DNA of 64,000 bases from Eledone cirrhosa. Lineage: Eukaryota. The notes beneath the pieces are model-generated. The model was not told where the DNA came from and made no database searches. It worked only from the letters and a program-made list of their open reading frames with translations. This document shows, piece by piece, positions 44,755 through 57,400 of this stretch. Both the position numbers and the translations under genes were made by a program. How positions within the stretch are numbered: position 1 is the stretch's first letter; the number at the start of each line of letters is the position of its first letter. The stretch lies in NCBI GenBank assembly GCA_964016885.1, contig OZ024763.1, positions 25,296,001-25,360,000 of the forward strand, given 5' to 3'.

Positions 44755-46110
44755 TTGATCAGCGGTTCCTGCTCTGGAGAGAATCAGCCTAAAGGTTAAC
44801 TCGGCCAAGTTGGAGGTGGTGAATGTCAACTATGATGCAGAGGGCTTTGCAGCCTCCGTCTCAGACGTGCGATCCATTCTCTGCCAGGTGCAGGTGACCC
44901 TGAAAGAGGATGTTCTCATCCTTGAGTCGCCGATCCTCCCACCAGCCATCCACTCTACCACAGGTCCAGGCTCCAGCGGGGCATGATGCCCATCCAGAGT
45001 CCTCTTCCTGTTGAAGGACTGCTCTGCCATGCTGAAGCTCCTAGCTACAGCCATGCATCTCTCCTTGCTGACCTCGACACTTGTATCCAAGTGGCAACTG
45101 AGGAGATATTCGACATCAGGTTTGACAACTTTGGATGGCAACAGGCCACCTTACCTGTTAGATATGGTAGCCTTGGTCTCCGGTCCCCCGTCTCACTTGC
45201 TTTGCTGGCGTTTCTTTCATCGGTAACCTCTTGTCTTATCCTCATCATCAGGGTTCTCCATAACACAATGGAACCCACTGTGATCGAGGAACATGATGCC
45301 ACTTGTGAGACTTGGAACCGGCTCAGACTCTGCCCAGTAGAAGCCCTTCTTCCTCTTCCCCTTGTAGACATCAAATCCCTCCAAGAGATGATATGGGATG
45401 CCATCCAGTGCGACATGGCCTCAGACAGGCTAGCATGCCAACTCAATCATCACCACTCACAACACCACAATGGTGCCTGGCTCAATGCCTTACCCTCCTT
45501 TTAGTCAGGCACGCAGCTGGATAATGATAGCCTGCAAATCAGGGTTTCCCTGAGGTTTGACCTCCAGATCTGAAAGCCACACAAATGTCACTGCGGATCT
45601 AGCATAGACTCTTTCGGCCTCCCCCCACTGTCCTGTCGCTTCAGTGCCAGTCACCGTCCATGCCATGTTGCTCTTAATGAGGTCATAAAGCATGGCTTGG
45701 GTGCTGCAGGCTTCCCCACCAAGCTTGAGTTGGCAGGGCTGGACCGAGGGGACAGCAAAAGGCCAGATGGCATGATTATCTTCCCGTTTTGCAGTGATAA
45801 ACACCTCTCCTGTGATGCCACATGCAGCAACACATTCTCCAGCAGCAACCTGGTGCAGTCTGCGACTAACTCAGGCTCTCCTGCACTTTGGGCTGAGGAG
45901 GTTAAACTCTCCAAATATCTCTCCAACAGGTTTGTGGTCGAGCCCGAAGTAGTGGAGACTTCTGGCCCTAGGACCACCCCCTACTCCCCACCTTTGGCCC
46001 AGAGTTGGCTACACACAGGTGTGAGCCTCATGAACTGGAATGGCTCTTCCAACACGATTCTCTCAGCATCCTCCGGGGAAACACCTTCTCTATTCATTGG
46101 TACAGTCTCA
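44755..46110 (+). pseudogene. Decayed CRE-like RLE-class non-LTR retrotransposon (RT end, Zn-knuckle, PD-D/ExK endonuclease)
   Basis: LKVNSAK, WQQATLPVRYGSLGLRS, GAWLNALP, C-H-C-G, LDRGDSKRPDGM..LSCDATCSNTF spread over several frames with stops. Confidence 0.75.
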
Positions 46111-46143
46111 GTTACACAGTGTGTTCATACAGATATAATTTTA

Positions 46144-46177
<34 letters not shown>

Positions 46178-46330
46178 ACGAAGGAAATGTGGTAAGGAAC
46201 CAGGTGGACCATAACGCACCAAAGTACTCAATACTTAGGGTAGTAGAGTGGGTAATAGGAACGAGTAGGACCCCGACGGCTGAGCTCGAAACGGCTTGAG
46301 CTCAGCCGTCGGGGTCCTACTCGTTCCTAT
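46178..46330 (-). mobile_element. Penelope-type fold-back insertion, same family as 4551 and 63238
   Basis: Inverted arms 46255-46330 plus about 77-nt tail 46178-46254; hammerhead 3' half CGAAA-CGGC..GCCG-UC-GGGG at 46287-46314; (TA)n flanks. Confidence 0.75.
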
Positions 46331-46730
46331 ATATATATATATATAGTTAGGAAAACAGAAAATTGCTTATTGTAATAGAGTTTGTGGTTAAGATAGCCAG
46401 TTTCTGGGATGGTTTCCAACGTACGGTTAGGGGTAACTCCACAAGTTTGTAAGAATGTGGTTAGTAAATCCCGTTCAATCTTGGAGTATAAAGAATAAAA
46501 GAGAAAACACAGGTAAGCATTAAAAAAAGGATTTTATCCAGGTATTTACGACCGTTTCATTGGTAAGCGCAACATTATATCTCTATACTGCAAATAGCAG
46601 CCACTCGATAATAACTGTTATTCACCTCCAAATTTACAAAATAATGAATAAGTTATTTAAGTTATATAAAAGGTTCTTAATATATAAAAAAAAACATTTT
46701 TTTGGAATCGTATATATATATATATATATA

Positions 46731-46784
<54 letters not shown>

Positions 46785-46803
46785 TATATATATATATATA
46801 TAT

Positions 46804-47160
46804 TAGAAAGTGAGGTTTTTTTTACAAATTGAAAAATAACCGAGGTGTCCTACACGAGTGAAAGTATAAAGAAAAAGAGATGAAATCGAAAATGCAACTG
46901 GAGTCTTATTTTTTTTTTTAAATATATATATTTATTTGGTTCCTTTACCGGTTTCACAGTTCTTCTGCTTTTCAAAGGTGAGTTGAGATGGAGGGTCTGT
47001 GGTTTTTCTCACGTGAGAAAAACCACAGACCCTCCATCTCAACTCACCTTTTGAAAAGCAGAAGAACTGCGAAACCGGTAAAGGAACCAAATAAATATAT
47101 ATATTTTTTTAAAAAATAAGACTCCAGTTGCATTTTCGATTTCATCTCTTTTTCTTTATA
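46804..47160. mobile_element. Penelope-type fold-back insertion (296-bp palindrome plus 61-nt tail)
   Basis: Arms 46865-47160 centred on CTCACGTGAG; tail 46804-46864; (TA)n flanks; one hammerhead per arm. Confidence 0.8.
47047..47084 (+). ncRNA. Minimal hammerhead, U3-A8 core variant (mirror copy 46942-46978, - strand)
   Basis: CCUU-UUGAAAA-GCAG-AAGAA-CUGC-GAAA-CCGG-UA|AAGG. Confidence 0.75.
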
Positions 47161-47211
<51 letters not shown>

Positions 47212-47305
47212 TATATATATATATATATACAGTATATATATATATATATATATACAGTATATATATATATATACAGTATATATATATATATATATATATA
47301 TACAG

Positions 47306-47369
<64 letters not shown>

Positions 47370-47371
47370 CA

Positions 47372-47458
<87 letters not shown>

Positions 47459-47461
47459 CAG

Positions 47462-47493
<32 letters not shown>

Positions 47494-47495
47494 CA

Positions 47496-47583
<88 letters not shown>

Positions 47584-47587
47584 CACA

Positions 47588-47665
<78 letters not shown>

Positions 47666-47722
47666 CATATATATATATATATATATAATATAAGATCAAA
47701 AGATGGTTAAAAGAGTTCCAAG

Positions 47723-47793
47723 TATTTTATTATGCGCATTTCAAAAACAAATATCATCATGGGATGATATCTGCGTTCTCATCAGATAAAATA
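47723..47793 (-). ncRNA. Type I hammerhead ribozyme with long stem II
   Basis: UAUUUUAU-CUGAUGA-GAACGCAGAUAUCAUC-CCAU-GAUGAUAUUUGUUUUU-GAAA-UGCGCA-UA|AUAAAAUA. Confidence 0.8.
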
Positions 47794-47904
47794 GAGAGAC
47801 ATGATATGAAGCTTAAAAAACACTTGTGAATAGTGAAGTTTTAAATCAACATATCAATAAAACTCACAATAAAATTCACCTCCTACATATATATATATAT
47901 ACTG

Positions 47905-47927
<23 letters not shown>

Positions 47928-47935
<8 letters not shown>

Positions 47936-48392
47936 ATACTTTGGGAGGGTCATGTTGCCAATAAGAAACACACGCACCAGTTGCTTTCACTTCAATTTAT
48001 TATATATTTATAAATTTATAAATTTACAAATCTACAAACTTATAAATTTCTGGTTGGCTGGCTGGTTCCACAACCAGATAGTTGTTTATATATAGTCATA
48101 GTCCTTTCGTCACACACTCTGTGACCTCTTCAGTGACTGGGGATTCCTTCCTTTGTTTCTGTGCCTTTGACTATATATAAACAACTATCTGGTTGTGGGA
48201 CCAGCCAGCCAACCAGAAATTTATAAGTTTCCAGATTTGTAAATTTATAAATTTATAAATATATAATAAATTGAAGTGAAAGCAACTGGTGCGTGTGTTT
48301 CTTATTGGCAACATGACCCTCCCAAAGTATAACAATATCGGTTTCAACACACGATTTCAGATAAAGAATCTTGCTAAACAAATTCAGAAACG

Positions 48393-48394
<2 letters not shown>
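47928..48394. mobile_element. Penelope-type fold-back insertion (about 170-bp arms, 69-nt spacer, 56-nt tail)
   Basis: Arms about 47928-48098 and 48168-48338; tail 48339-48394; (TA)n flanks. Confidence 0.8.
48094..48138 (-). ncRNA. Minimal type I hammerhead ribozyme
   Basis: AGUCA-CUGAAGA-G-GUCACA-GAGUG-UGUGAC-GAAA-GGAC-UA|UGACU. Confidence 0.8.
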
Positions 48395-48461
<67 letters not shown>

Positions 48462-48470
48462 ATATATATA

Positions 48471-48514
<44 letters not shown>

Positions 48515-48628
48515 TATATATATACAGTATATATATATATATATATACAGTATATATATAAATACATATATATACATATATATATATACTGTATATATAT
48601 ATACACACTGTATATATATATATATATA

Positions 48629-48672
<44 letters not shown>

Positions 48673-48743
48673 TATATATACAGTATATATATATATATAC
48701 AGTATATATATATATATATACAGTATATATATATATATATATA

Positions 48744-48960
48744 TCATCATCATCATCATCATCATCATCATTGTTTAACGTCCATCTTCCACGCTTGCAT
48801 GGGTTTGGACGGGAGTTTTCCCACTTGAGGCAAGAGTGGTTGTCTTGCTAGCATAGGACTGTCTGGCGGATTTTCTACGGCTGGATGCCCTTCCTAACAC
48901 CAACCACGTTTACAGTGTGGACAGGGAGGTTTTTACCGTGTTACCTACACGGCCACATTA
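48744..48960 (-). mobile_element. RTE-dependent short element/SINE (RTE 5'UTR-like middle, RTE 3' end, (TGA)n tail)
   Basis: GATGCCCTTCCTAACACCA shared with the region upstream of the RTE ORF (about 62976-62994); 3' end TTTAACGTCC..GCTTGCA.GGG resembles 59844-59882. Confidence 0.7.
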
Positions 48961-49139
48961 CAGTGTGGACTGTGTGTTTTTTTGTCGTGACACCTACATG
49001 ACCTCATTTGTTTCGGACTGGATGTTGTGGTACCAACATAACTTTACATTGAAAGGGGTGGTGTTGATAGGGTGGGGATAGTGGATGGGGTGTATTTTAT
49101 TAGAGGTGCCTACTGACTGTAGTAGGTTTCACTTTGTAC

Positions 49140-49887
49140 TTAGGTAAGGCGGGTCTTCTGTATTACTGTGTAGCGCCAAAGATCTCGGTCCAGTGACATT
49201 GTCTTGGACAGGTGTAAGTGTGTGAGGTCGGAATTTATCAAGTCGTCCCAGGTTTTTCTGGGTCTGCCTACTCCGTGGCTACCGTCTATTTTTATTGCCT
49301 TGCACTTTTTTATACAGCTGTCATCTTTCATGCGCATCACGTGACCATACCAACGTAGTCTTCTCTCGATTAAACAACATCTGATCCCTCTTATTTCTAA
49401 TTTTTCCCTTAGTTCGTTTATGCTTTGCCATTCACGTATATTACTATTACACATCCAGCGGAGCATGCAAGCTTCATTCCTCTCCAGTCTGCGTACATCC
49501 TCTGCTCACAATGCCCAGGTCTCACTGCCATGTAACATTGCTGTTCGTATGCAGGCATCATACAGCCTGCCTTTCATTTTTAGAGAGAACCCTTTAGCGG
49601 CTAATAGTGGTATAAGCTCTCTGAACTTTTTCCATCCAGTTCTGACTCTAGCTACTGTACTTTCAGAGCACCCTCCACCACTGCTGATTTTGTCACCCAG
49701 GTAATGGAAGGTGTCCACTACTTCTATAGAACCATCTGTGCAATGGAATGAGCTAGTATTCTGTGGGCACTTGCACCGGAGCACCGGCCACCTATAAAAT
49801 CTATGTTCTTAGTTAACTTACTTGTGATCCCACTACATCTTTTATGCACCCATACTTTGCATTTGGGACATAAAATGGAGTTTCTAC

Positions 49888-49892
<5 letters not shown>
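49140..49892 (-). pseudogene. RTE LINE 3' fragment, frameshifted
   Basis: [53 protein letters not shown] across three frames. Confidence 0.9.
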
Positions 49893-49982
<90 letters not shown>

Positions 49983-49984
49983 TA

Positions 49985-50029
<45 letters not shown>

Positions 50030-50079
50030 AGTATATATATATATATATATATATATAGATAATATATATATATATACAG

Positions 50080-50112
<33 letters not shown>

Positions 50113-50183
50113 TATATATATATACAGTATATATATATAATATATATGCATATATATATATATATATATATACAGTATATATA

Positions 50184-50308
<125 letters not shown>

Positions 50309-50341
50309 TGCATATATATATGCATATATATATAATATATA

Positions 50342-50407
<66 letters not shown>

Positions 50408-50933
50408 ATAAATACCATAAAGCATTATATCGACATCCTAATGACTTTTCCAATTCGTCGCCTATTAAGGGTGAAAGCAGCGATTCTTGGCTTAAACTTT
50501 AAGCTGTTCTTATAATAAATATTTGCTCTACACGTTTTTATCATCATCATCGTTTAACGTCCATCTTCCACGCTAGCATGGGTTAATCCTTATCGAGCCC
50601 TCTTCGTATTTAGTCTTCACATTTATTATTACTATATCTCTTTCTCTGCAAGAGATCTGCTGTACTCAGGTCTGAAGAGGGATGAACTCTGCCAGGCTTA
50701 AAATGCCCAAGAAACACTGTATGTCAATATAGTGCCCCTATGACTCTATCAGGAGTTATGGGACCATACATACATGATGGCTGCCCCCTCGTTATTGCAC
50801 AATATACCATTATTAATTAATTCCATCGCACAATGCCGGTGCATGAAGATATTTTTTAAAGTGAGGAAAGACTGTGCACTGAGCCAATCCCACTCTCTGA
50901 GCGACAGAAGAAAAGATCAACATTATTGGTAAA

Positions 50934-51117
50934 GATTGGCAGTATCGGTAGAGGGTCGGACGCCATGCTTTCCAGCATAGTTACGTCCCTTTACGATCTG
51001 AGTTCAAATCCCGCCGAGGTTGACTTAGCCTTTCATCCTTACGAGGTCGATAAAATAAAGTACCAGTAATGCACTGGGTAATTGCTGGCCTTGTGCCTAA
51101 AGTAGAAACAATTATTG
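50934..51117 (+). mobile_element. tRNA-derived SINE, probable Meta-type domain
   Basis: B-box GAGTTCAAATCCC, then GCCTTTCATCCTT.CGAGGTCGATAAAATAAAGTACCAG; related copies at about 52056-52245(-), 56617-56805(+), 57100-57240(-), 59200-59310(-). Confidence 0.75.
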
Positions 51118-51536
51118 GTAACTACTGAACCACAGGTTTTATGTCCCCGTGCATATACATACACATGCACCCATGCATAAACACATATACATATACACAC
51201 ATATGTACATGTGTATATACATATTTACACACTTTTGGATGGCTGTTGACTCTTATGAGTTCTTCCGCCCTTTATCAGGTTTTGTTTCTTATCCTGCAGG
51301 GTGTCCAAAATCACCCTCCTTGCCAAGTAAACTTGGTTCGGTTGCCGGCTTAGTCGCCAACGACCCAACCATGAAACAGGTTGTACTGGGTTACATGTTA
51401 CCAGTCGCACCCAAGAGTGACTCGACATACATATATACATACACTCATACATATGTACATGTGTATATACATATTTACACATTTTTGGATGGCCGTTGAC
51501 TCTTATGAGTTCTTCTACCCTTTGTCATACATACAT

Positions 51537-51573
<37 letters not shown>

Positions 51574-51713
51574 GTGTATGAGCTATTGTAAATAGTATTT
51601 GTTGACACACTGATCAATATAATAAACCGAGACACACTCTTATATCTCATAGTTTTCTTTCTGACTTTTAAGATTAGTTTAAATAGTAATATAAAAGGTT
51701 CTTAAGCATCTAG

Positions 51714-51786
51714 GCCTCCATAGCTCAGTGGTTAGAGCACTGGTCTTGTAAACCAGGGCTTGTGAGTTTAATTCTCACTGGGGGCT
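51714..51786 (+). tRNA. tRNA-Thr(TGT), variant (T-loop TTT instead of TTC)
   Basis: GCCTCCA/TGGGGGC acceptor stem, CTGGT-CTTGTAA-ACCAG anticodon arm, oligo-T terminator at about 51795; C56T may impair the B box. Confidence 0.8.
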
Positions 51787-52493
51787 GTTGAATATTTTTT
51801 TTTTTTTAGTTAGTAATTCTTGAGTATTTGATTTATAGTACCCACTTGCAGGGGTGCTTGAGAACTCTGCTGCCATATGGCTCTCCTCGGAATAAATGGA
51901 CGACTTGATAAATTCCGACCTCACACACTTACACCTGTCCAAGACAATGTCACTGGACTGAGATCTTTGGCGCTACACAGTAATAAATGGACGTTACTGG
52001 TATTTTTTTTTCATGGTGGTCGTTGTTGTGGTGGTGATAGTGATGATGATGATGGTAATTGTTTCTACTTTTGGCACAAGGCCAGCAGTTATCCCAGTGT
52101 ATTACTGGTACTTTATTTTATCGACCGCGTAAGGATGAAAGGTAAAGTTAACCTCGAATGGATTTGAACTCAGGCCGTAAAGGGCCATAACTCTATACTG
52201 CAAAGCATGGCGTCCGATGCGCTACCGATACAGCCAATCCACCACCCTTATAATGATGGTAATGATAGTGAACATTTGTAAATAAACATTGCACCATCGA
52301 GTGAGTTGAAATGCTTAGAAAATGTAGAAAACACAGGAAATAACTGTGAACACAGTTGATTGCTATAAAACATAGCTTAGAAATTTTGGCAAAATAACCC
52401 TTAGATGGAAAACATGGTCAGCAGCAGAAAATAACTATTGCTGACAGTTTAAAATGTAAAGAAGAAAAAAAAAAGGTCAAAATCCTTGCTGAA

Positions 52494-52566
52494 AGCCCCC
52501 AGTGAGAATTGAACTCACGACCCCTGGTTTACAAGACCAGTGCTCTAACCACTGAGCTATGGAGGC
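52494..52566 (-). tRNA. tRNA-Thr(TGT), canonical
   Basis: GCCTCCATAGCTCAGTGGTTAGAGCACTGGTCTTGTAAACCAGGGGTCGTGAGTTCAATTCTCACTGGGGGCT; full cloverleaf. Confidence 0.95.
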
Positions 52567-52988
52567 TTAGACATTAGAACAGCTTTAATATTACTATAAT
52601 AGCTTTTATATTACTATTTAAACTTTATTATATGTTTATGATTTTTCCAATAATTTTGAAAATAATCAAGAATTTGGTGGGATTAAGTAATATAACTTTC
52701 CCATCAATAAGCTGATGTTTGGCACATAAATTAACAAGGGTTCTTACATAAAGTTATGACAGAATAGTTTTAAATAAATATAAATATGTTTAAACAAACA
52801 ATTTTGTATCAGAGAAGTTAGAAAGTCCTGTGCTTGTTTCTTTCACAGAAGCACTTAAATATATATATATATATCATCATCATTTTGGATCCCCTTTTCC
52901 TTGCTTGCAGGGTAGGACGGGTCCTTTTCAGCACAGCATTTAGTCTCCTTTAAATCTACTCTTTATGATTTAAAATAAAATATATAGA

Positions 52989-55763
52989 AATCCCCAGTGA
53001 GAATTGAACTCACGACCCCTGGTTTACAAGACCAGTGCTCTAACCTCTGAGCTATGGAAGCTCTTGAAATACCTCCATCTTTATGTTGCTTTCTTTCATA
53101 TTTATAATAAAAATAAACAAATTATCAAAGCCCCTAGTGAGAATTGAACTCACGACCCCTGGTTTACAAGACCAGTGCTCTAACCTCTGAGCTATGGAGA
53201 CGCTTGAAATACCTCCATCTTTATGTTGCTATTTAAATCCTGCTTTCTTTTATATTTATAATTAATATTCAAAATAAAAATAAACAAACTATCAAAGCCC
53301 CCAGTGAGATTTGAACTCACGACCCCTGGTTTACAAGACCAGTGCTCTAACCTCTGAGCTATGGAGACTCCTGACATACCCCCTATCATTATGTTGCTAT
53401 TTAAATCCTGCTTTCTTTTATATTTATAATAAATATTCAAAATAAAAATGAACAAATTATCAAAGCCCCCAGTGAGAATTGAACTCACGACCCCTGGTTT
53501 ACAAGACCAGTGCTCTAACCACTGAGCTATGGAGGCTCTTGAAATATTTCCATCTTTATGTTGTTATTTAAATCCTGCATTAAAATTCAAAATAAAAATA
53601 AACAAATTATCAAAGCCCCCAGTGAGAATTGAACTCACGACCCCTGGTTTACAAGACCAGTGCTCTAACCACTGAGCAATGGAGGCTCTTGAAATACCTC
53701 CATCTTTATGTTGCTATTTAAATCCTGCTTTCTTTTATATTTATAATAAATATTCAAAATAAAAATGAACAAATTATCAAAGCCCCCAGTGAGAATTGAA
53801 CTCACGACCCCTGGTTTATGTTGTTATTTAAATCCTGCATTAAAATTCAAAATAAAAATAAACAAATTATCAAAGCCCCCAGTGAGAATTGAACTCACGA
53901 CCCCTGGTTTACAAGACCAGTGCTCTAACCTCTGAGCTATGGAGGCTCTTGACATACCCCCCCCCCCTCCATCATTATGTTGCTATTTAAATCCTGCTTT
54001 CTTTTATATTTATAATTAATATTCAAAATAAAAATAAACAAATTATCAAAGCCCCCAGTGAGAATTGAACTCACGACCCCTGGTTTACAAGACCAGTGCT
54101 CCAACCTCTGAGCTATGGAGGCTCCTGACAATCCCCCATCATTATGTTGCTATTTAAATCCTGCTTTCTTTTATATTTATAATAAATATTCAAAATAAAA
54201 ATGAACAAATTATCAAAGCCCCCAGTGAGAATTGAACTCACGACCTCTGGTTTATGTTGTTATTTAAATCCTGCATTAAAATTCAAAATAAAAATAAACA
54301 AATTATCAAAGCCCCCAGTGAGAATTGAACTCACGACCCCTGGTTTACAAGACCAGTGCTGTAACCTCTGAGCTATGGAGGCTCTTGAAATACCTCCATC
54401 TTTATGTTGCTATTTAAATCCTACTTTCTTTTATATTTATAATAAATATTCAAAATAAATATGAACAAATTATCAAAGCCCCCAGTGAGAATTGAACTCA
54501 CGACCCCTGGTTTACAAGACCAGTGTTCTAACCTCTGAGCTATGGAGGCTCTTGAAATACCTCCATCTTTATGTTGCTATTTAAATCCTGCTTTCTTTTA
54601 TATTTATAATAAATATTCAAAATAAATATGAACAAATTATCAAAGCCCCCAGTGAGAATTGAACTCACGACCCCTGGTTTACAAGACCAGTGCTCTAACC
54701 TCTGAGCTATGGAGGCTCTTGAAATACCTCCATCTTTATGTTGCTATTTAAATCCTGCTTTCTTTTATATTTATAATAAATATTCAAAATAAAAATGAAC
54801 AAATTATCAAAGCCCCCAGTGAGAATTGAACTCACGACCCCTGGTTTATGTTGTTATTTAAATCCTGCATTAAAATTCAAAATAAAAATAAACAAATTAT
54901 CAAAGCCCCCAGTGAGAATTGAACTCACGACCCCTGGTTTATGTTGTTATTTAAATCCTGCATTAAAATTCAAAATAAAAATAAACAAATTATCAAAGCC
55001 CCCAGTGAGAATTGAACTCACGACCCCTGGTTTACAAGACCAGTGCTCTAACCTCTGAGCTATGGAGGCTCTTGACATACCCCCCCATCATTATGTTGCT
55101 ATTTAAATCCTGCTTTCTTTTATATTTATAATTAATATTCAAAATAAAAATAAACAAATTATCAAAGCCCCCAGTGAGAATTGAACTCACGACCCCTGGT
55201 TTATGTTGTTATTTAAATCCTGCATTAAAATTCAAAATAAAAATAAACAAATTATCAAAGCCCCCAGTGAGAATTGAACTCACGACCCCTGGTTTACAAG
55301 ACCAGTGCTCTAACCTCTGAGCTATGGAGGCTCTTGACATACCCCCCCCCATCATTATGTTGCTATTTAAATCCTGCTTTCTTTTATATTTATAATTAAT
55401 ATTCAAAATAAAAATAAACAAATTATCAAAGCCCCCAGTGAGAATTGAACTCACGACCCCTGGTTTATGTTGTTATTTAAATCCTGCATTAAAATTCAAA
55501 ATAAAAATAAACAAATTATCAAAGCCCCCAGTGAGAATTGAACTCACGACCCCTGGTTTACAAGACCAGTGCTCTAACCTCTGAGCTATGGAGGCTCTTG
55601 ACATACCCCCCATCATTATGTTGCTATTTAAATCCTGCTTTCTTTTATATTTATAATTAATATTCAAAATAAAAATAAACAAATTATCAAAGCCCCCAGT
55701 GAGAATTGAACTCACGACCCCTGGTTTACAAGACCAGTGCTCTAACCACTGAGCTATGGAGGC
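52989..55763 (-). tRNA. Tandem array of tRNA-Thr(TGT): 14 full-length copies plus 6 3'-half copies
   Basis: Full 73-nt copies start (+ coordinate) at 52989, 53129, 53296, 53464, 53614, 53874, 54050, 54310, 54477, 54644, 54997, 55259, 55523, 55691; halves at 53781, 54217, 54811, 54904, 55166, 55430. Confidence 0.92.
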
Positions 55764-57400
55764 TTAGACATAAGCAATACTTTTATATTTCTATTTAAAC
55801 TTTATATATGTAGGTCATGTTTTTATTGTGTATTTGGCAGTTGTCACCTGATATTTATCAGAGTTTTATGATTGGTTGGTTTTGTAATGCTATCTTTGAC
55901 CAAAGACTATTAAACACACCCATAACTCCCCAGTCAACACAATACATTTCCCACAGATCAACGTTTCTACTGAATGAGCTAATATTCAACCGGTTTGTAA
56001 CAGTATTTCTTGTGAAATATACTCTATTTCAGTTAATTAAGAATTTTGAAGGATTGACTAAAAATATTAATTATTCCTATATTTGTAGATGGTCATGTTG
56101 TTATAATATTACCAGAAATATATAATAAAACATACTCACTGTTTGGTTTTGGTTATTATTCCATTACTAATTTATTAAAATAACATATTGTTCTTATATA
56201 AAATTATGTTGAAAGATTTTAATTTAAATAGCAACACTATTTCAATTAATTAGTGAAGAATTTTGAGGGAGGGGTCAAACTTATGTCAGAAAAATTTAAT
56301 TTAAATAATAACACTGTATTTCAGTTAATGAAGAATTTGGGTGGGATTTATTAAAATTATTAATTATTTCATTACTAAGTCAACAACTTAACATAGGATT
56401 CTTTATATAAGATTATGATGGAAGATTTAAATATAAATAACAACACTGTATTTCAATTAATTAATGGAGAATTTGGGGAGATTTACTAAAATTATTAATT
56501 ATTTCATTACTAAGACAGTAATTTAAGATGATTTTTATATAAAATTATATTGGAAGAATTAAATATAAATAGCAACACTGTCTTTCAAATAATTAATGAA
56601 GAATTTTGGGGTATTTGGATTGGCAGTATCGGTAAAGGGTCGGATGCCATGCTTTGCAGCATAGATTTATGCCCTGTTATGGTCTGAATTCAAATCCCAC
56701 CGATGTTAAGCTTTGCTTTTCATCCTTTTGGAGTCGATAAAATAAAGTACCAGTAATACATTGGTATAATTGCTGGCCTTGTGCCAAAAGTAGAAACCAT
56801 TAATAATTATTCCATTACTAATTTATTAAATTAACATATGGTTCTTATATAAAATTATGTGGGAAGATTTTATTTCAAAATTGGTTTGGGCAAGTTTGGT
56901 ATCAAAATGCATGCATGTATAGTTTTGTAACCCCTGATGGTGTTCTTGGGGTGTCATAACGGCATACAGTGTTTCTTGGGCCTTTTGTAAACCTGGCAGA
57001 GCCCATCTTCTCTCCAGATCTGAACATAGAAGATCTCATCCAGAGAAGGATAGAGAGAGTGAGAGAGAGAGTGAGGGAGAGAAAGACTTATAGAGGAAGA
57101 ATCAACCCCAGTACTTTTTATTATCAACCTCGAATGTATGAAAGGCAAAGTTGACCTCAGTGGGATTTGAACTCAGAGAACCGGAATACCACAAAGCATT
57201 CTATCTGGCTTTCTAATGACTCTGCCAATTCATTGCCTGGTATCAAAATAGGGACCCTTTAAAATAGGTGGGTTTGTTTCATATAACCAAACTTGATATT
57301 GGCTGGGTTGGTATTGAAAGGGTTGACAGATCAGCCTTTTTCACCAGGGTCCAACACAGTGCTGGGGTTACCTATAAGTGAAATAAGCTATAGCTTAGAG

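Noticed and set aside
46545-46560. Minus-strand GAAACGGUC hammerhead 3' half
   Set aside because: No matching core or stem I found nearby
50668-50725. CTGAAGA-GGG..CCC-AA-GAAACACTGTA hammerhead-like string
   Set aside because: Extra bases before GAAA and no stem I pairing; at best a decayed copy
51199-51525. About 75-bp direct duplication around a structured 150-bp segment; HDV-like ribozyme considered
   Set aside because: Could not build the nested double pseudoknot by eye; most likely a SINE or LINE-end fragment with a (CATA)n tail
53192-55715. ORFs over the tRNA array
   Set aside because: Incidental read-through of tRNA and spacer repeats
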